A DNA stretch of 64,000 bases from Desulfobacterales bacterium (lineage in GTDB: Bacteria; Desulfobacterota; Desulfobacteria; Desulfobacterales; UBA5852): the NCBI GenBank assembly GCA_963674755.2, contig CAXXVS010000003.1:2656001-2720000 (forward strand). The letters are read 5' to 3'. The position numbers and the translations under genes were made by a program. The notes beneath the pieces were generated by a model. The model was not told where the DNA came from and made no database searches. It worked only from the letters and a program-made list of their open reading frames with translations. Shown piece by piece: positions 58,691-64,000 of this stretch; positions within the stretch are counted from its first letter, which is position 1, and every line of letters begins with the position of its first letter.

Positions 58691-58858
58691 CTATATTTTA
58701 TGAGGTTTACAGAGATTTTCGGCCTTTGCGGCGCTGCGTCCGCAGTTTTTACAATAATGGGTAGGTGGTTTAATAAGGGCAATATAGTCTTGCGGATTTT
58801 TGACATGTAGTTCTTCTTCCACATAAGCGCATAGGGTCTTCGGTTCATCGTGGCTCAT
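58691..58858 (-). CDS. 55-aa four-Cys putative metal-binding mini-protein (not in ORF track)
   Basis: MSHDEPKTLCAYVEEELHVKNPQDYIALIKPPTHYCKNCGRSAAKAENLCKPHKI*; GGAG RBS upstream, hairpin downstream. Confidence 0.75.
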   Translation of the reverse strand: MSHDEPKTLCAYVEEELHVKNPQDYIALIKPPTHYCKNCGRSAAKAENLCKPHKI

Positions 58859-59232
58859 GATGACATATCTCCATTCTTTATAACGAATTCATCTCTGTTG
58901 GTGCTGCCTGGGTTAGTATAAGAATTGCTTTTGGCGCAAACGGCAACGTTGAAAAGAGGTAAGGCGCGGTACTGTCCGTGTCAAGCAACGAGCTGAGGGG
59001 CGGCATCAAACTGGATGAGTGATATTTGGGGGCCCGGCATGTCGCAAATAGACGGTTGGGAACTTGCCCTGCGAATAAAGTTCATTAACCATAGCATGCC
59101 AATAATTGCACTCACCGTTGGGTCAGCTCAGCAGTGCCACGACAAATATTTTGGGATAGATTGCGATAATCAAATTGAAAATAAGTCATAAAAAAGTTCA
59201 GAATAGAGATCCGGCAAACAACGCTATTCATT

Positions 59233-60288
59233 TCAGTTTACATCCTCCCGTGTGACGCCCTCGCACTCCAGAACAAAATCAGCCCCGAAGGCCCTTGCCG
59301 GCGTTTGAAAACCCGGTGAAACCTCACCGGCCAGAATCTTCTCCACCGCGGATAGAGCGGCGTGCGATGTCCAGACGACCGCTCCCTCCGGACCATGCAG
59401 TCGCGATTCGGCTTTTCGTCCCTGGTCGTCTTCGACTTCGCCCCACACGTGCGTGGACGTCATGGCGCGCTGCTCGACCGTCGAGCCGGGCTTCACGCCG
59501 CGCTTGAGCAGGTTGCGCACCGCACGCAGCTTGAACAAAGGGCGCAGGACGTCGAACAGGGCCAGCTGTCGCTGAACGGAATGAGGAAGTACGGTATAGT
59601 CTTCGATGTCGGGGATGCCGGTGCTGTGGTAGGCCATGAAGACGTCGCCCCAGGTCAGCCGCGTGGCCTGGACAAGCCCCTGGCCGAAGTCGATCTGGCG
59701 GGTCTTCAGGCTTTGTTTGGGGATCACCAATTGCCCATGACGGCGCACGCGGTTGCCGTAGGGAATCAGCTCGATCATGGTGCGCTGGGTGCCCGGCGGG
59801 AGGCCGGCCGGGCCGCGGCTCTGAAAGGCCAGGGTCAGGCGGGTGGCGGCGGGCAGGCGTTGCTTGAGATGGACGGCCAGGCAATCGGTGGGTACGACAT
59901 CGAAGCCCACGCCCGGCAGGAGCATGGCGCCCTTTGCCTTGGCTTCGGCATCCCGGGCTGCAATCCCTTCATAGACGGGCATCTCGCCCGTAATGTCCAA
60001 ATAGTGCCGGCCCAGCCGCAGGCAGCTTGCCACCATGGGCTCAAAGGTGTGGATATAGGGGCCGGCGCAGTTGAGCACGGCGACCACACCCTCCAAGGCG
60101 GCATCGATGGCTTTGCCATCCTCCAGCGGGAAGGCCCGATAGTCCAAACCCAATTCAGAGGCTTGCGCTTTCAACTTCTCAGCGTTGCGGGCGGCGAGAA
60201 TGGGCGCCATTCCCCTTTGGACAGCCAGGCGGGCAATGGCGTCACCCAGAAACCCGGTCGAACCATACAGGAGAAATCTTGACGGCAT
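59233..60288 (-). CDS. Saccharopine dehydrogenase NADP-binding domain protein (trans-acting enoyl reductase-like)
   Basis: YGSTGFLG, NCAGPY, YLDITGE, GFDVVPTD, GFQTP. Confidence 0.85.
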   Translation of the reverse strand: MPSRFLLYGSTGFLGDAIARLAVQRGMAPILAARNAEKLKAQASELGLDYRAFPLEDGKAIDAALEGVVAVLNCAGPYIHTFEPMVASCLRLGRHYLDITGEMPVYEGIAARDAEAKAKGAMLLPGVGFDVVPTDCLAVHLKQRLPAATRLTLAFQSRGPAGLPPGTQRTMIELIPYGNRVRRHGQLVIPKQSLKTRQIDFGQGLVQATRLTWGDVFMAYHSTGIPDIEDYTVLPHSVQRQLALFDVLRPLFKLRAVRNLLKRGVKPGSTVEQRAMTSTHVWGEVEDDQGRKAESRLHGPEGAVVWTSHAALSAVEKILAGEVSPGFQTPARAFGADFVLECEGVTREDVN

Positions 60289-60299
60289 GGGGTCATCTC

Positions 60300-60599
60300 C
60301 TATGGTCGAAGCGGTTTGATGACATTGAACACCTCGACCCGCGGTTCGCCATCGGTTTGATACGCCTTGGCGATGGTCGCCCGCAGTTCGGAATCCCGGT
60401 AGGCCTGAAAGTCTTCTTTGGAGGCCCAGAGATACAGGCCAGCGTATTCCTGTGTGGCAGCGTCCTGTAAATAGTATTTCTGCTGCAATCCTTTGAGCGC
60501 CCTGAATTCATCGGCGCGGCTGTCGACGACGTTGACAACCTCCTCGAAGCTGAGCCGCGATTTGAATTTTACCAGTAGGATTAAGGATGGTGGGTTCAT
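60300..60599 (-). CDS. YdhR-like dimeric alpha-beta barrel protein
   Basis: GL.QKYY, YAGLYLW.S.E...AY..S. Confidence 0.75.
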   Translation of the reverse strand: MNPPSLILLVKFKSRLSFEEVVNVVDSRADEFRALKGLQQKYYLQDAATQEYAGLYLWASKEDFQAYRDSELRATIAKAYQTDGEPRVEVFNVIKPLRP

Positions 60600-60680
60600 C
60601 GATGGGCCTCCCTTCATAGCATAAGACCACTCTGCAGCGGGCGCGATCTCTCGGAATCCGTTGCAAGAGCGGGGTAGTCG

Positions 60681-61127
60681 TTAATCCGGAATTTCGGCTT
60701 CGACAAGTTTCGCCAGGAGCGTCAGCGATTCCTGCCAGCCCAAATAGCAGGCTTCCGGAGGAATGACTTCGGGCACGCCTTCCTGCGCGATGGTCAGCTC
60801 GGTCCCGACCGATACCTTCTTCAGGGATACGGTCACCTGCATTTCCCCCGACAGGTTGGGAGCATCGAATCGGTCCGTGTAGCGAAGGCGTTCATGCGGC
60901 ACCAGTTCGAGATATGTGCCGCCGAATGAGTGCGTTTTGCCGGTGGAGAAATTCGTGAAGGATATCTTGTGGCGGCCGCCGACCTTGGGATCCAGTTGGT
61001 GAACCTTGCCGGTGAATCCATTGGGCGGCAACCATTTGGACATCGCGTCGGCATCCAGGAAGGCCCGATAGATCCTCTCGGGCGTTGCCCGGAGCACGCG
61101 GTGAAGCCGGATGGTGTTGGTTGGCAT
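60681..61127 (-). CDS. SRPBCC (AHSA1-like) family protein
   Basis: LHRVLRA.PERIYRAFLD, KWLPP.GF, CYLGWQESL. Confidence 0.9.
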   Translation of the reverse strand: MPTNTIRLHRVLRATPERIYRAFLDADAMSKWLPPNGFTGKVHQLDPKVGGRHKISFTNFSTGKTHSFGGTYLELVPHERLRYTDRFDAPNLSGEMQVTVSLKKVSVGTELTIAQEGVPEVIPPEACYLGWQESLTLLAKLVEAEIPD

Positions 61128-61255
61128 GATTTGGTTGCCTTTCAATTGTGGTGTGGAGGAAGTGTCAGGCCTTCGCGGCTGGCTGCCCAGCGTGCGTGGT
61201 TCATCGCTGTTCACCGGGGCACATGAATCGGGCGGTCCTTAGGGCCGCTCTCCGG

Positions 61256-61537
61256 CTAAAGTGTAAACTCGACCAGCTTCCGCATGGTCTCGACCTTCAG
61301 GCCGTCCTCCCGCATGGCTTTCTGCCCTGCTTCGGACTGCAGCAACGCCTCGAATTTGGCTATGTCGGGCACCTCCGCCAAGACACCTGTCAGATTGGGG
61401 TTGTCGGGATCGCGGAAGCTTCGGCATTTGACGCCGATCTTCCCGAACATTTCATGTCGGCTACCTGGTCCTTTCTTCCAAGCATTGGCCCAGACAGCGC
61501 CGTCCTGAACTTCATGGAATATGATTACGGTTGCCAT
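61256..61537 (-). CDS. Small hypothetical protein (alpha-beta barrel-like)
   Basis: GGAGG RBS; HEV.D...W, FRDP.NPN, AM.EDG. Confidence 0.7.
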   Translation of the reverse strand: MATVIIFHEVQDGAVWANAWKKGPGSRHEMFGKIGVKCRSFRDPDNPNLTGVLAEVPDIAKFEALLQSEAGQKAMREDGLKVETMRKLVEFTL

Positions 61538-61879
61538 GGTTATTTCCTCCCGTTCTATGTCGGTGGTCAGGGTCGCGCACCGCACCGAATTCCTTTCAAG
61601 GCATTTGGTCGGCTAATACAGGTTAGGCGCCCAAAACCATTTGGCAAGAGGACCGTCAGCAGCTTAGGGGGGGCATAGCAATCACGGGCGGGAAAGCGGG
61701 CGTTACATTATTCGCGTTTTATCATGCAATCAGGCTTGCCGGGAGGCGAAATCCTGGCGGCGAGAAAACAGGCATCAAGCGGGCGTTTGTGGGAGATATG
61801 GGAAAACAGGCGCTGACCGGCCTGAAGGCCTGCGTTTTACAAGCCTTCAGACCGAGTTGAATCTGCGCCTTGTCGGGCG

Positions 61880-62689
61880 CTACACCTCTACCCCGAAAAG
61901 CTGAGGTTCTTTCCGGGCGCTGCAATTTTTATTCAGCCAGGCGGCAATTTCCTTCATCTTGTCGTTTTCCCAAACCCGGGCACTTTCAGGGCAGTTTTTA
62001 ATACAGGCGCAACAGCGGATGCATAGCTCCACGTCCGTTGCCACGCTGCCATCGATTGAAATGGCAGCGGTGGGGCAGACTTCGGCACAGGTGCCGCAAA
62101 CGGTGCATAGGTCCTCCTTGGTGACCGGTGCCACGGCCATGGCTTTGGCGCCGCCTTCATAGGGAAAGCGTCCGGGAATGGCCAGATCCGGTTGGGCCTC
62201 CGGTGATGGCAGCGCCGCGACCTTGGCCTTGATTTTAGTACCGAAATCCGCCGCCTTTTGAACATCCCGGCTGTCCGGGCGCCCAGTGGCGATGGGAACC
62301 TCCTCGGTCGCAAACGAGTGCTCTCCGATAAAGGCCCCGCCGGCAACCGGCGTAAAGCCCAGCTCGATGGCCAGATTTTTCAATTCCAGCAAGGCATCTT
62401 CAAACTCCCGGTTGCCATAGACGACGATGGGAACCGCCAGGGTCTTGTTTGCTTGCAGCCGTTTGAACCGCTTGACGGCATCCACCGGCAGGCGGCCGCC
62501 GTAAACCGGTGCGCCGATGATGACGAGTTCATCGGAAAAGGGAGGGATTGATTTTTGCGCGCCCTCCGGAAGGGTCAGGTTGATTTGCGCGACATCGTCG
62601 GCAGAGATGCCCTCCGCAATGCTTTCCAGTACTTTTTGAGTGGTTCCGGTGGGTGAAAAATAGACGAGTTTTACCTTTTTAACTTCCAT
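61880..62689 (-). CDS. Flavodoxin-like + 4Fe-4S dicluster protein (EFR1 family)
   Basis: YFSPTGTT, PVYGG, YGNR, CTVCGTC...CP and CIRCCAC...CP. Confidence 0.9.
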   Translation of the reverse strand: MEVKKVKLVYFSPTGTTQKVLESIAEGISADDVAQINLTLPEGAQKSIPPFSDELVIIGAPVYGGRLPVDAVKRFKRLQANKTLAVPIVVYGNREFEDALLELKNLAIELGFTPVAGGAFIGEHSFATEEVPIATGRPDSRDVQKAADFGTKIKAKVAALPSPEAQPDLAIPGRFPYEGGAKAMAVAPVTKEDLCTVCGTCAEVCPTAAISIDGSVATDVELCIRCCACIKNCPESARVWENDKMKEIAAWLNKNCSARKEPQLFGVEV

Positions 62690-62874
62690 TGTGCTCCTCT
62701 TCGGTCAATTTCAGGTTGTCATTCAGCATTCATTGTTCGGTATGAAGGATAGGCTGTAAAAAGGGCGGACCTGTTCCGTTTGCCTCATGCACGGTGTCCT
62801 GCCCGGTCCCGACAGATACCTTTCGCAAAGATACAGGTACCGGCTTTTCCACTGGCAAGTTCGCGTCATCGCAT

Positions 62875-63204
62875 TTATCCGGGCAGGGCATTGATCAACT
62901 GAACGATAACGACCGGATCGTGTGCAAGGGCGCCGGTGATCGTGGCTTTGGGCGGCGGGATTTTTTTGACGGAAAACAGGAGCGGCACCAGGAGGATTAC
63001 CAGGCCCATAATGATCAACCGCAAGCTGGTGTAAAGCGGGTTTCTCGGGGGGCGGCGCTTGCGGGGTTGGCTGCTGATGGTGTTGTGCCGGTTGGCCGGC
63101 CTTCGATCGACGGCGTTAAGATGTTTGCGACGGCTGCCGGCCGGAGCGGAGCTTGCCAGAAGCTCCGTAATGATGGTTTCGAGATCTTTTTCAGACTTAG
63201 CCAT
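62875..63204 (-). CDS. Hypothetical single-TM protein
   Basis: AGGAGG RBS; basic N-terminus and one hydrophobic segment. Confidence 0.55.
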   Translation of the reverse strand: MAKSEKDLETIITELLASSAPAGSRRKHLNAVDRRPANRHNTISSQPRKRRPPRNPLYTSLRLIIMGLVILLVPLLFSVKKIPPPKATITGALAHDPVVIVQLINALPG

Positions 63205-63391
63205 TGCCACCTCCTATGGTACGAGGTGCTGGACTTCGACTTCCAATTGGTATCCGACTTCCTGTTCGTGTGTGGTGCATCAATAGAACAATAATGACTT
63301 TGGAGCGGAATTACAAGCCTGGATGCCGGATAGACCATCCGAGCCAATCCTCCAACAGCGCAGCAGCACGCCGGCCTCCATTTGGAAAGCG

Positions 63392-64000
63392 TTAATGCCG
63401 GAGCCATTTGAACGATTTAAGCGGGATCCGGCTTCGTTCGAGTTGATCGAGCAATTTATTGGAAAGCGCGCCGGATTCGCCTCTGTGGAAAAACCGCAAT
63501 GCGAAGCTGGCCGTCGTTATCCCGTCATCGTAGTCCCTGTCCAAATCCAGCGAGACGACCGTTACATCATTGCCCTTTACAACCTCCACGACACCCAAGA
63601 TATCAACATCGTTTGTAAATTTCAGCTCCAGGTATCGGTAAACGTCTTTTCGATAGTATCGTTCGAGCGAACGCAGCAGCACCAGCGAAAAAAGCGCTAA
63701 AAGGGTCGTGCTGACGGCAATCCCATAAAGACCGGCGCCGCAGGTCATGCCGATCGCCGCCGAGATCCACAAGCATGCTGCGGTGGTGAGCCCGACAACG
63801 GTGAAGCCCTCTTTCAGGATAACACCGGCGCCTAAAAAGCCGATGCCGGTGACCACCTGGGCCGCAATCCGGCCCGGATCCGTGACTTTGGTGAAGCCCT
63901 CCGGCGCTAGGACATCCAGGGTCGCGATGTGGGTGGACAGGATGAAAAACAGAGCCGAACCGGCGCTGACCAGGATATGGGTTCGCAAACCGGCCTGCCG
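63392..64000 (-). CDS. MgtC/SapB family protein (5' end outside window)
   Basis: AGLRTH, DPGRIAAQVVTGIGFLGAGVI, GLTTAA..W. Confidence 0.92.
   Translation of the reverse strand, partial: RQAGLRTHILVSAGSALFFILSTHIATLDVLAPEGFTKVTDPGRIAAQVVTGIGFLGAGVILKEGFTVVGLTTAACLWISAAIGMTCGAGLYGIAVSTTLLALFSLVLLRSLERYYRKDVYRYLELKFTNDVDILGVVEVVKGNDVTVVSLDLDRDYDDGITTASFALRFFHRGESGALSNKLLDQLERSRIPLKSFKWLRH

Noticed and set aside
58414..58848. 144-aa ORF from the track
   Set aside because: Runs through a hairpin and overlaps the more plausible 55-aa Cys protein in another frame.

Overview
GC-rich (with AT-richer patches) bacterial chromosomal window. The gene content (sigma54 systems, TRAP-T transporter, c-di-GMP-I riboswitch) and the intergenic repeat style suggest a Desulfobacterales-like deltaproteobacterium; this is inference only. 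Contents in order: potB'-potC-potD-aguA polyamine module; a sigma54-driven ~9 kb catabolic operon (SDR, Zn-ADH, 32-aa membrane peptide, Na+/solute symporter, cyclase-family hydrolase, CoA-transferase A/B, thiolase, catC, yciI, pcaD) with its divergent activator; HD protein, PilZ protein, cholesterol-oxidase-like GMC enzyme, ClC channel, two lytic transglycosylases, a TatT-TRAP transporter, S58 peptidase, Lrp-azlCD, and a riboswitch-led arylsulfotransferase; two paralogous Lrp regulators divergent from mmsA/aminotransferase and from a saccharopine-dehydrogenase-like gene; lysS, a Pit transporter with Pho-box-like repeats, an orphan DNA MTase, a hybrid kinase, an acyl-CoA dehydrogenase, a broken nuclease gene and several small cassette-like genes. 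No rRNA, tRNA, CRISPR array, transposase or integrase was seen. Best leads: (1) a lower beta-ketoadipate/lactone pathway with no oxygenase in the cluster, (2) a possible O2-independent polyamine catabolic regulon, (3) five intergenic elements sharing a covarying hairpin core, and (4) an atypical c-di-GMP-I riboswitch controlling a secreted sulfotransferase. All calls are from motif reading by eye; no searches were run.
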